DNA from: a candidate division TM6 bacterium UASB124
GTDB lineage: Bacteria; Babelota; Babeliae; Babelales; RVW-14
Reading direction: 5' to 3'
NCBI GenBank assembly: GCA_945897315.1
Contig: CAMDFF010000002.1
Span: 91,618 to 155,617 of the forward strand
Length of the DNA: 64,000 nt
The notes under the pieces are model-generated. The model had not been told where the DNA came from. It made no database searches and saw only the letters and a program-made list of their open reading frames with translations. The translations under genes and the position numbers were made by a program. Shown piece by piece: positions 8,493 through 17,784 of the stretch; within the stretch, counting starts at the first letter, position 1, and every line of letters begins with the position of its first letter.

Positions 8493-9938
8493 TTAAAATT
8501 TGCTTATTTCTTCAAAGTCATCGAAGTGAAAGCTTTCTGTGCCGATAAAATGATAATTTTCGTGTCCCTTGCCGAGTAGCGCAATAATGCTGTCTGGTTG
8601 TGCTACGCTGGCGGCATAGTTAATCGCTTCACGGCGATGAGGGATGACATGCACAGAGGCTGTGTTTGTCGTTGGTATGCCCGCAATGATTTGGTTAATA
8701 ATTGCCATGCGGTCTTCAGTGCGTGGATTATCATCGGTAATGATTACCTGTGTGCCATACGTGCTTGCGAGGGCCCCCATCATGGGTCTTTTCGTTGTGT
8801 CCCGATCACCACCGCAGCCAAAGACGATAATCAAATCACGGGTAAAAGGGTGAAGTGTTTTTAAAACAGCTTCCATGGATGACGCATTGTGTGCGTAGTC
8901 GACAAAAGCAAGCGCGCCATTTTTAAGAACGTGCCGTTGGAGCCTGCCTGCGACGCCTTTGAATGAACCAATCCCTTTAATGACGTCGGTGTATGATAAG
9001 CCGAGATGTAGTCCAATGATGGTGGCCATGGCGATATTGTAGCAGTTAAATACACCAAATAGGTGGAGGCATGTCAGAAACAGTGCTGGCTTACGTTCGA
9101 GTATAAGCTCGATGCCATCGCATGATGCTTGGTGGATATGCATTGTTGTGTGATTGTTGGTCGTGGCTTCGTCTTGGCCATATGTGTGCACAACTGCGCC
9201 TGTGATGTCTGCCGCTTTTTGTGCTGCTATACATGCCTGCGTAGCCCAGGCATCATCAGCATTTAAGACTATAAGCGATTGCTTTTTCGTGTGTGAAAAT
9301 AGTTGTGCTTTTGCCGAAAAGTAACGCTCCATTGTGTCATAAAAATCAAGGTGCTCGGGCGCTAGATTGGTAAAGCCAACAGCTGCAAATGTTATACCAT
9401 GAACACGATCAAGACTGAGTGCATGCGATGAGACTTCCATCACAACGTGCGTGACGCCTTCTTGCACACAGCGAGCAAAAAACATGTGTAAGTAATCTGC
9501 TTCTGGTGTCGTGTGTGTGCTTTGTTCTATGTTTTGCAAAATTTTATTATAGATCGTGCTGATGAGAGCCGTTTTGAATCCTGCTTTGCGTAGAAGGTGC
9601 TCAGTAATAAAGGCAGTTGTCGACTTACCTTTGGTGCCGGTAATGCCAATAATGTGTAGCTTGTCGGCAGGATTATTAAGAGCGTTTGCAGCTAATAGTG
9701 CGAGTGCTTTGCGGGGCTCTTGTACGGGGCTGAGTATTGCTTTGTATTGCGTGCAAATGGCTATTAGGTCAGGTGTTATCTGATTCTCATCAATAACAAT
9801 TGTCGTTGCTCCTTGCAGGAGCGCTTGTGGAATAAATGCTGTGCCGTTATTGGTAAAGCCGGCAATAGCAACAAAGGTCGAACCGGGGCCGACATGCTTT
9901 GTGTGACAGGTAACAGGAAAAATAGCGGGCAGCAGCAT
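8493..9938 (-). CDS. murE: UDP-N-acetylmuramoyl-tripeptide synthetase (MurE)
   Basis: P-loop GITGTKGKSTT, MEVSSHAL, DNPRTED. The ORF-track start is TTG 9956; ATG at 9938 (MLLPAIFPV...) is preferred. Confidence 0.92.
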   Translation of the reverse strand: MLLPAIFPVTCHTKHVGPGSTFVAIAGFTNNGTAFIPQALLQGATTIVIDENQITPDLIAICTQYKAILSPVQEPRKALALLAANALNNPADKLHIIGITGTKGKSTTAFITEHLLRKAGFKTALISTIYNKILQNIEQSTHTTPEADYLHMFFARCVQEGVTHVVMEVSSHALSLDRVHGITFAAVGFTNLAPEHLDFYDTMERYFSAKAQLFSHTKKQSLIVLNADDAWATQACIAAQKAADITGAVVHTYGQDEATTNNHTTMHIHQASCDGIELILERKPALFLTCLHLFGVFNCYNIAMATIIGLHLGLSYTDVIKGIGSFKGVAGRLQRHVLKNGALAFVDYAHNASSMEAVLKTLHPFTRDLIIVFGCGGDRDTTKRPMMGALASTYGTQVIITDDNPRTEDRMAIINQIIAGIPTTNTASVHVIPHRREAINYAASVAQPDSIIALLGKGHENYHFIGTESFHFDDFEEISKF

Positions 9939-10131
9939 AATAAATCTTTCGTGCAATGAGATATGCTAGTAGAATAGCGTGTTTTTTCAACTTGTGCACT
10001 GATGTTCTTTATGTCGTATGAAGCTGTTATTATGTAAACAGCTTCGTTTGGTCCTTGGGATCAGCGATTGGAGAAGTGATTCAAAATGATACATTTTGCG
10101 GGGAGGGCCTGCCAGTCGATGGTATTAATTT

Positions 10132-10179
10132 ATTTCAACCAAACTTACTAACAACGTTGTTAGTAAGTTTGGTTGAAAT
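10132..10179. repeat. Perfect 48-bp palindrome, flanked by 7-bp outer inverted repeats at 10114..10120 and 10189..10195
   Basis: ATTTCAACCAAACTTACTAACAAC|GTTGTTAGTAAGTTTGGTTGAAAT has no loop and no mismatch. Outer arms are AGTCGAT and ATCGACT. It sits in the 560-nt divergent intergenic region between murE and the ORF at 10515. Confidence 0.9.
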
Positions 10180-10514
10180 GTCTGCTTAATCGACTAGATC
10201 AATAGATCACTATTTTATGATTTTTTTATTCGTGCAAGTAGAATAGAAAAAAATTTTTTATGCATTTAGTTTTATTTTGCAAAAACAATGACTGAGACTG
10301 GCTTTTGTGTAATTAGCGTTCTTTTTGTGTGTGACTAATGATCAATTTTTTTAGTGCTATAGAGATGGTATGATAATGTTTTTTTCTATCTCTGAAGTCT
10401 ATTTTGCTTGCGCATGAAATTGATTGGTACTATGGTAAAATTTTGATATTTTTGATTGAGCGGGTAGACTAACGCTCGTACTAATCACCATAACCTTTGG
10501 TTGAGTAAAAAAAC

Positions 10515-11138
10515 ATGACAAATATATTTGATGCATCAAAAAATGATGAGACGGTAGAGAATCTTAATGTACAACCTGTTGAGGAAAATACAGTTGATGC
10601 TATGCGTCAAAAGCTCTATGACGAAGTGACATATCAACTAGCTGTTGAGCCGTTGCAAGCGGATCTTAGAACTGGTCTTACGTGTGCGGTTCAAGCATTG
10701 CATGATCTTAAGAATGAGATTGCGCAGAAGAAGGACGGCGCGCTAGAAAAACGTCAGCTCATTCGTGAAAAAGTTATGGCTCTTTGTGAGTCAGGCAAGG
10801 TGAATGTTGATCAATCTGAGTTTGATAAATCTGATATCAGCGTGCATGAATTTGTCGGCTTACTTGATCGCATGATTGAAGAGGTTGATGCTGATTACCT
10901 TTTTTATAACGATCTTCTTTCTGATGCGCCACCTGCAACAATGCTTGTCTTTAAAGTTGAGCATGGCACCTTTGAAGAGATCATTAAGCAGCGCATTGAG
11001 ATGATTAAGCGGTATGTTAAAACAGCAAAGCGTGACTTGGCGGTAAGTTATTCACGTTATTGTTATGGGTTTGAGGCCCAGATTAGGCAGATTCTTTATG
11101 TTGAACAGGTTTTGATCAGAAAAGGATCAGCGGAGTAG
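10515..11138 (+). CDS. Hypothetical protein (acidic, no TM segment)
   Basis: 207-aa ORF with no recognisable motifs. Its position and lack of competing ORFs support it as coding. Confidence 0.5.
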   Translation: MTNIFDASKNDETVENLNVQPVEENTVDAMRQKLYDEVTYQLAVEPLQADLRTGLTCAVQALHDLKNEIAQKKDGALEKRQLIREKVMALCESGKVNVDQSEFDKSDISVHEFVGLLDRMIEEVDADYLFYNDLLSDAPPATMLVFKVEHGTFEEIIKQRIEMIKRYVKTAKRDLAVSYSRYCYGFEAQIRQILYVEQVLIRKGSAE

Positions 11139-11184
11139 CATATTTCTATCGCACTGTCATACTTGCACAAAAGGAGACAGTGCG

Positions 11185-12207
11185 ATGCAAACAATATTGT
11201 TGCTTGGGGGCGCAGGGTTTGTTGGATCATGCGTTGCGCACGATCTTTTACGTCAAGGGTATGGCGTTATTATCCTTGATTTATTTTTGCACCATCAGGC
11301 GATTGTATTGCCCGGCGCTATCGTTATTCATGGTGATTTTGGTGATGTTTCGTTAGTTCGTGCAATTTTTATTACACACCAGATTTCCGCTGTTATGCAC
11401 TTTGCTGCTTATATTGAAGTTGGGCGTTCAGTACAAGAGCCAGCGGCATTTTATGAAAATAATTTTATTAACACTAAGCGGTTGCTTGATCTTATGCGTG
11501 AGCATAATGTTACTAAAATTGTTTTTTCTTCAACCTGTGCTATTTATGCACCACTACACGGTTTAGAAAAACTTACTGAGCGGCATTCCATTAATCCTCT
11601 GAGCCCCTACGGTAAAACCAAGTGTGCCGTTGAATTTCTACTGCAGGACTATGCTAGCGCCTATGGCCTTTCTTACGTTTCATTACGTTACTTTAATGCA
11701 GCAGGTGCAGAGCCTGCGTATGGGCTTGGCGAGCAGCATGATCCAGAGACTCATGTCATTCCATTATTGTTTCAAGCATGTGAGCGAGACGCGGCATTTA
11801 CGCTTTTTGGAGACGATTACGAGACTCCCGATGGTACGTGTGTGCGTGATTATGTCCATGTACGCGATTTATCATCAGCACATTGTAAAGCGTTATCCTA
11901 CTTGCTTTCCGGGTGTCAATCTATCGCTTTAAATCTTGGCTCTGGGCGTGGCTATTCGGTTAGGGAGTTGATTGCTGTTGTTGTTGCTACGACAGGAAAG
12001 AATATTGCGACGGTGATAAAGCAACGACGTGCTGGTGATGTGCCATTTTTGGTAGCAGATGCAACGTTAGCCGAGCATGTTTTAGGCTGGCGTGCTGAAG
12101 CATCGCTTGAGCATATTGTGGAAGATGCCTGGCGCTTTTATCACATGGATAAGCAAAAAAAACAGTTGAAAAATAACGCATCTGCGTTAAGTATAGAAAA
12201 TTCATAA
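11185..12207 (+). CDS. galE: UDP-glucose 4-epimerase
   Basis: Rossmann motif LLLGGAGFVGSCV, catalytic YGKTK, SDR-extended length of 340 aa. RBS AAGGAGA upstream. Confidence 0.9.
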   Translation: MQTILLLGGAGFVGSCVAHDLLRQGYGVIILDLFLHHQAIVLPGAIVIHGDFGDVSLVRAIFITHQISAVMHFAAYIEVGRSVQEPAAFYENNFINTKRLLDLMREHNVTKIVFSSTCAIYAPLHGLEKLTERHSINPLSPYGKTKCAVEFLLQDYASAYGLSYVSLRYFNAAGAEPAYGLGEQHDPETHVIPLLFQACERDAAFTLFGDDYETPDGTCVRDYVHVRDLSSAHCKALSYLLSGCQSIALNLGSGRGYSVRELIAVVVATTGKNIATVIKQRRAGDVPFLVADATLAEHVLGWRAEASLEHIVEDAWRFYHMDKQKKQLKNNASALSIENS

Positions 12208-12232
12208 TCCACCAATTAAAAAGGAGTGTGGG

Positions 12233-13618
12233 ATGATGATCGCAGTGAAGAAGCATGCGTATCTTGTAGCCGTAATTTTTGCGCTGGGCCTCTTTGTGAG
12301 AGTGGCAGTGTTTTATAGCTACTTGCAAGATGATGCCAACTATTGGCAAGTAGACTCGTTGACGTATCAATCTGTTGCGCAGGGTATTGCTGCTGGGCAT
12401 GGGATTAGTACGGTGACGGGAGTCCCAAATTTTTACAGGGTGCCTGGTTATTCTTTGTACCTGTCATTGTTTCATAAGTATGTTCCACTATCGAATTATT
12501 GTGGTGGCAATGCTGATATAGCTGCGCTGTGGGGACAGGTGTTTCTTGGGGCTCTTATTCCAGTGCTTATTTTTTTCTTATCGTTAACACTATTTCCAGG
12601 ATACATGACGCTTGCTGCTGCTGCGGGGCTGTACAGCTCTGTGCACGTGGGGCTCGTTTTGTATAGTGGATTTTTGATGACAGAGACGTTGTTTCTCCTC
12701 TTTTTCTTAGGTTTTTTACTTTTGTTTTTTGCTCACAAGGATAACCCAAAACGGCTTGCTATTGCCGGTGTTTTACTTGGTGTTGCGTCACTTATTCGGC
12801 CTGTAGGGCACTATGTGATTGTGCTGGGCTTGCTAATTCTTATGCTGCAAAAAACGCATTTTCTGGTGAAACTTAGAAATAGCGTATTGATGTTTCTCGC
12901 CTGGCTTATTCCCGTATCGGTATGGCTGGCGAGAAATTACTTACTGCTTGGTCATATCTTTTTTCATACCCTTCCTGGTGGGCATTTTCTCAATCTTTCT
13001 GCTTCTCGTGTTGTTATGCAAGCAGAAAACATCACCTATCAACAAGCCCGGAAAAAAGTAACTATTCAGGCTAATCAGCTAGTTCGTAAGCAGCAGCGAT
13101 CAGAGAGAAAAAGACTTTCAGACATTGAGCGCTGTTATATTTATGAAAAACTAGCGATTAAACATTTTGCTGCGCACCCATTAATTACATTGAAAATGTG
13201 GGCTACCGATATTTTTCGTACCACCTTTTCACTGTACAGTGCTGAGGTGTTATATCTTGATTCAGGGCGTAAAATTATTGATTACTTTGCGAATGGTCGT
13301 ACCGTATGGAATATGGTTGAGCGCTATCTGTTTCCAGCAACAGATAAGCTGTATCTTAAAATACTGGTGTGGTTGGAAATACTGCTCTATGCGCTTATGT
13401 TATGTGGCTTTGCTCGTGGGACTTGGTATGTTTTGATGCGCGGTACACACAATGAAAAAATCCTGTGGGTAACGATTATGAGCTTTATGGCTCTTTTTCT
13501 TATTATCTCCTTGGCTGGTGGTTATGCACGTATGCGTTTGCCGATTGAGCCATTCATCATTATTTTGGGATTATACGGTTATGTTACTCAGCATAAAAAA
13601 GTATCTGAAAAACGGTAA
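12233..13618 (+). CDS. GT-C fold membrane glycosyltransferase (ArnT/PMT_2-like), paralog 1
   Basis: Polytopic protein. First-loop motif D-x-x-Y (VDSLTYQ), plus YRVPGYSLYL, LIRPVGHY, FHTLPGGHF and C-terminal ARMRLPIEP, all shared with the two downstream paralogs. RBS AAGGAG. Confidence 0.7.
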   Translation: MMIAVKKHAYLVAVIFALGLFVRVAVFYSYLQDDANYWQVDSLTYQSVAQGIAAGHGISTVTGVPNFYRVPGYSLYLSLFHKYVPLSNYCGGNADIAALWGQVFLGALIPVLIFFLSLTLFPGYMTLAAAAGLYSSVHVGLVLYSGFLMTETLFLLFFLGFLLLFFAHKDNPKRLAIAGVLLGVASLIRPVGHYVIVLGLLILMLQKTHFLVKLRNSVLMFLAWLIPVSVWLARNYLLLGHIFFHTLPGGHFLNLSASRVVMQAENITYQQARKKVTIQANQLVRKQQRSERKRLSDIERCYIYEKLAIKHFAAHPLITLKMWATDIFRTTFSLYSAEVLYLDSGRKIIDYFANGRTVWNMVERYLFPATDKLYLKILVWLEILLYALMLCGFARGTWYVLMRGTHNEKILWVTIMSFMALFLIISLAGGYARMRLPIEPFIIILGLYGYVTQHKKVSEKR

Positions 13619-14945
13619 TCCGTGGCTTATGGTAATGTTTGCTGTTGCATTAACAGTGCGCTTAGGCCTTTTTTGGGGGTTCTTAGGAGAGGGAGATCAT
13701 GCATGGTTGTGCTATGATTCTCAACAGTATGATGAGCGCGCTCGCAGCATAGTAACCCATCACAAACTCACCGATGATAACAGTATGCATAAGGCATATC
13801 GACTGCCTGGGTACCCACTGTTTTTGGCTTGTTGGTATGCGCTTGCTGAGAATGGGGTTAAGCTTGCTTTATACATACAAATACTTATTGCATCGCTTAT
13901 TCCTCTGCTGGTTTTTTTGCTTGCCCAACCCCTTTTTCCTTTCATGCCAATAATTGCGTATGTTGCAGGATGGGTGATGTGCTTCCATGTGGGATTTGTT
14001 GCTTCTGCCGGGATGCTGGCTACTGAAAGTTTAGCGGTGCTCTTACTCTTGCTCATGCATGTAGTGTTGCTGGGATGGCGGGGGAATATGCACTATCTAG
14101 CTTTTGCTGGCGGGCTACTTGGGTTGTTATCGTTGATACGCCCTATAGGACATTACATAGTGGTCCTGGTTGCCTGCTGGCTATTTTGGCAATTGCGTTC
14201 ATATAAGCGTGTTAGTGTCTTTGTTGCTAGCTGGTTTATTGTTGTATTGCCGTTATTAGTACGTAATCTATTAGTTGTTGGGGGGATCTGTTTTCATACG
14301 CTTCCTGGTATGCATTTTTTGCAATATTCTGCTGTTGCGGTTGTGATGCAGCGCGATCAGGTGAGCTATAACGATGCGCGTTCACAGCTACTGGCAAAAT
14401 GGGATGATGAAGTAGTCAGCAACTTTCAGCAGCAAGAGTTTGCTGCAACAGAATATCAGCGGTGTGTTTTGGGTGAAAAACTTGCCTGGAGTATTATACG
14501 ACAGTATCCGTGGTATGCATGTAAGCATGCGGCAACAGAACTCTTTAAAACATTATGTGCATTGCACGGAACGCACATAATTGTTGGTGCTGATATTGGG
14601 AGTTTACCGGTCTATACAGCACAGACAACGTGGACGGAGAAAGTTTGTTATAACATTGCCCCACCTCTTAAGACCCAATGGCTACAAGGTCTTATTTATT
14701 GGGATATTTTTAACACAATAATAATTCTATTTTTTAGCGTTGTAGGGTTAGTGCTTCTATTATTGCGAAGGCAGATGCACGCAGGACTTGTTCTGTGTGT
14801 ACTTGTTGCAGGGCTTTTATGGGTGATTACATTATCGTATGGCTGTGCGCGTTTGCGGCTACCGTTTGAACCAATCATGATTATTCTTGGGGTGTATGGT
14901 GGATATGCTGTTTGGTGTTGGCTTACCAATAAAAAGACTATCTAG
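13581..14945 (+). CDS. GT-C fold membrane glycosyltransferase (ArnT/PMT_2-like), paralog 2
   Basis: YDSQQYDE, YRLPGYPLFL, LIRPIGHY, FHTLPGMHF, ARLRLPFEP. ATG 13581 (MLLSIKKYL...) aligns with the paralog 1 N-terminus and overlaps paralog 1 by 38 nt. The start is uncertain; ORF-track 13518 or ATG 13629 are alternatives. Confidence 0.7.
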   Translation: MLLSIKKYLKNGNPWLMVMFAVALTVRLGLFWGFLGEGDHAWLCYDSQQYDERARSIVTHHKLTDDNSMHKAYRLPGYPLFLACWYALAENGVKLALYIQILIASLIPLLVFLLAQPLFPFMPIIAYVAGWVMCFHVGFVASAGMLATESLAVLLLLLMHVVLLGWRGNMHYLAFAGGLLGLLSLIRPIGHYIVVLVACWLFWQLRSYKRVSVFVASWFIVVLPLLVRNLLVVGGICFHTLPGMHFLQYSAVAVVMQRDQVSYNDARSQLLAKWDDEVVSNFQQQEFAATEYQRCVLGEKLAWSIIRQYPWYACKHAATELFKTLCALHGTHIIVGADIGSLPVYTAQTTWTEKVCYNIAPPLKTQWLQGLIYWDIFNTIIILFFSVVGLVLLLLRRQMHAGLVLCVLVAGLLWVITLSYGCARLRLPFEPIMIILGVYGGYAVWCWLTNKKTI

Positions 14946-16275
14946 TGTTTGGGTGATAGCGTTTAGTCTATGGGTGATAGCGCTGATTGCACGTATAGTT
15001 TTTTATAGATTATTTTTGAGTGATAACCCTTGTTTGCTCATGTATGATAGTGGGCATTATCATACGATGGCTGTGCATCTACTCGAGCAAGGAGCTTTTT
15101 GTGATGCGCAAGGGGCGTACTATTTTTATCGTATGCCAGGGTATCCGCTTTTTCTTGCGGCGTGCTATAAAATTTTTGGCGTGTTGCCTCAGGCTGCGCT
15201 TGCGGTGCAGATGGTAATTTCTGCGTTTATGCCTGTGCAGGTATTTTTTTTAATGCATTCAGTTGGAACCTCGCTTGGGCTTGCTGCTTCTATGGTGAAG
15301 CGGGTACGTATGGTTGTGGCCACAATTATGGTCTTTCAGTGCGGGGCACTTGTATTCAGTGGCTTAGTAATGACCGATATGCTGTTTACTATGTTTTTTT
15401 TAGGGTTTTTGCAGGTGCTTGTATGTGCTTGGAATAAAAAAACATGGCAGTTAATGGTAGGTGCAGGATTACTGCTTGGGGTCTGTAATCTGGTGCGCCC
15501 GCTGATTTTTTTACCGATTATTATAGTTGGGTTAGTTTTTGTATTGATATCAGGGAGCATGCTTCGTAGAGCAGGTTTAGCATTGAGTTTGTGTGCTGGC
15601 TGGGGAGCTCTTGTGCTGTGTTGGCTTGTACGTAATTGGCTATTAACGGGGGTGTGGTTTTTGCATACATTGTCAGGGCCACACTTGCTTAATCATGGGG
15701 CTATTCGTGTGTATGCCATGGCTCATCATACGACTCATGAAGTAGCTCGCGAAAGAGTAACACAACGGCTACAAGCAGAAATAAATCCGATAGTGGCATC
15801 TCAGGAGCAGGAGCGCTTGGCGGGTGCAATATTGCTTGCTTACTGGCCACAAACGTTGTACCTCGGTATAGTTAATTGCGTGAAAACAGTTGCTGGGTTA
15901 TACACATCTGAGCTGATGGTAATTGATGCACATGGCGAACTGCCGCCATATGAAGGCAGTTGCAATATGATAGAGCGTGCAAAGCGATTTTTATATCCGC
16001 AGGTGCATAACACGTTAATACGCTATGTCTGCTGGTGCGAAATTTTGTTCAACCTTGTTTTGATCCTAGGATTTCTAGGGTTTGTTGTCTTGTATTGGCG
16101 GTTTGTGTGCAAGCAACCATTGCTTATACTGCTACTTGGTATTTGCCTGTGCACAGTTGCAACAACAGCAATTTGTGGGTTTGCGCGTTTACGGTTGCCA
16201 ATCGAATCAATTTTGATTATGGTATCTGTACTGTTTTATCTCTGTGGTGCACGAACAAAGGATAGTAGGTTATGA
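14896..16275 (+). CDS. GT-C fold membrane glycosyltransferase (ArnT/PMT_2-like), paralog 3
   Basis: YDSGHYH, YRMPGYPLFL, LVRPLIF, LHTLSGPHL, ARLRLPIES. ORF-track 14887 is TTG; ATG candidates are at 14896 and 14905. It overlaps paralog 2 by about 40-50 nt. Confidence 0.7.
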   Translation: MVDMLFGVGLPIKRLSSVWVIAFSLWVIALIARIVFYRLFLSDNPCLLMYDSGHYHTMAVHLLEQGAFCDAQGAYYFYRMPGYPLFLAACYKIFGVLPQAALAVQMVISAFMPVQVFFLMHSVGTSLGLAASMVKRVRMVVATIMVFQCGALVFSGLVMTDMLFTMFFLGFLQVLVCAWNKKTWQLMVGAGLLLGVCNLVRPLIFLPIIIVGLVFVLISGSMLRRAGLALSLCAGWGALVLCWLVRNWLLTGVWFLHTLSGPHLLNHGAIRVYAMAHHTTHEVARERVTQRLQAEINPIVASQEQERLAGAILLAYWPQTLYLGIVNCVKTVAGLYTSELMVIDAHGELPPYEGSCNMIERAKRFLYPQVHNTLIRYVCWCEILFNLVLILGFLGFVVLYWRFVCKQPLLILLLGICLCTVATTAICGFARLRLPIESILIMVSVLFYLCGARTKDSRL

Positions 16276-17726
16276 AGGTATCAAGCAAACAAAAAGCGTT
16301 AGTTATTGGCGCGGGTCCAGCAGGGCTTACAGCAGCGTTAGAATTATTAAAGCGCAGCGATACAGAGATTACTATTCTTGAACGTGATGCAGTCGTTGGC
16401 GGTCTTGCTAAAACAGTCGAATACAAAAAATGTCGTTTTGATATAGGCCCTCATCATTTTATTACAGAATCAGACAGGATTACCGCGTGGTGGCAAGATA
16501 TTGCTGAAGGTGATTTTTTTGAGCACAAGCGGTATACACGTATTTTCTATAATCACCATTTCTTTAATTATCCGCTAGAGCCTGTCAATGTTATTCGTGG
16601 GCTTAATATACTTGAGTGTGCGCGCAGTGTTTTTAGTTATATGTGGGTTCGATTTTTTCCTATTAAAGAAGTGACATCGTTTGAAGATTGGGTTACCAAT
16701 CAGTTTGGGCGTCGCCTGTTTTCTATCTTCTTCAAAACCTATACTGAGAAAGTATGGGGCATTCCTTGTAATGAAATCTCTGCTGATTGGGCTGCCCAGC
16801 GGATCAAGGGATTTTCTTTATCAAAAGCAATATTTTATGCCTTTTTTGGGCGCTTTTTTACTAAGAATAAGCCTCGAACAATTAATGATGTTTTTCATTA
16901 TCCAGCACGTGGCGCAGGGACGTTTTGGGAAAAGGTTGCAGGCCGTGTTAAGGCTTATCCGCAAGCAGAAATTCTTATGCAGCAGAGTGTTGCGAAGATT
17001 GAACATGATCATCATCGTATTGTGAGTGTTTCGACACGGAATATGGCTGCCAATGGGGTAGGTGCTGCCGTGCCTCTTGAGCGACACGCAGCTGATGTTT
17101 TTCTGTCTACTATGCCCTTGCAGCAGCTTATATTGAGTCTTGATCCATTGCCACCAGCAGTAGTCGTGCGAGCGGCACAAGCGCTGCGTTATCGGGGGCT
17201 TATTACGATTAATCTGATTATTGATAGGCATCATGTTTCTGCTGATCACTGGATTTATGTGCATGAAAAAACTGTGCGTATGGGACGTATCGGCAATATG
17301 AACAATTTTTCTCTCAAGATGGTAGATGATGCTGCGAAACATACGGCACTGAGCCTTGAGTATTTCACCTATGTTGACGAACCTTTTTGGTTTAAGCCTG
17401 AGCATGAGCTTATTGAGCTTGCAAAGTATGAATTAGAGAAAATAGGACTTGTGCGCGCATCTTCCGTTATTGATGGAATGGTTCTCAGAACTCCTGAAGC
17501 GTATCCGGTGTACGACGCCAACTACAAAGAGCATTTGTGTTGTGTGTTGGATTATTTGGGTATTTTTAAAAATTTACATCTCATGGGCCGAAATGGCATG
17601 CACCGGTACAACAATATGGATGTTGCTATGTTATCAGCGCTTGATGTTGTTGATCGTATGCTAGCTACTCAGCCACATGACTTCTGTCATCAAAAAAAAG
17701 AGAAACCAGTCTCGGCAACGCTTTGA
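16272..17726 (+). CDS. FAD-dependent oxidoreductase (UDP-galactopyranose-mutase / amine-oxidase-like flavoprotein)
   Basis: Dinucleotide fold VIGAGPAGLTAALELLKR...ILERDAVVGGLA. The C-terminal GRNGMHRYNNMDVAM resembles the GR-x-G-x-x-RY-x-x-MD motif near the C-terminus of Glf-type mutases. ATGA overlap with the upstream gene. Confidence 0.7.
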   Translation: MKVSSKQKALVIGAGPAGLTAALELLKRSDTEITILERDAVVGGLAKTVEYKKCRFDIGPHHFITESDRITAWWQDIAEGDFFEHKRYTRIFYNHHFFNYPLEPVNVIRGLNILECARSVFSYMWVRFFPIKEVTSFEDWVTNQFGRRLFSIFFKTYTEKVWGIPCNEISADWAAQRIKGFSLSKAIFYAFFGRFFTKNKPRTINDVFHYPARGAGTFWEKVAGRVKAYPQAEILMQQSVAKIEHDHHRIVSVSTRNMAANGVGAAVPLERHAADVFLSTMPLQQLILSLDPLPPAVVVRAAQALRYRGLITINLIIDRHHVSADHWIYVHEKTVRMGRIGNMNNFSLKMVDDAAKHTALSLEYFTYVDEPFWFKPEHELIELAKYELEKIGLVRASSVIDGMVLRTPEAYPVYDANYKEHLCCVLDYLGIFKNLHLMGRNGMHRYNNMDVAMLSALDVVDRMLATQPHDFCHQKKEKPVSATL

Positions 17727-17784
17727 TTCTTTAACCAGCAAAGCCTGGTCTGTCAGGGCTGTAGCATGGAGAAAAGGAGAAAGC

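Noticed and set aside
16821-17405. 194-aa minus-strand ORF, and similar long antisense ORFs at 40916..41425, 42655..43134, 6207..6644, 4497..4844, 27633..27995 and 11987..12400
   Set aside because: All sit fully inside genes with strong family signatures on the opposite strand or in another frame. Their translations are low-complexity or Cys/Arg/Ser-rich, as is typical of shadow ORFs.
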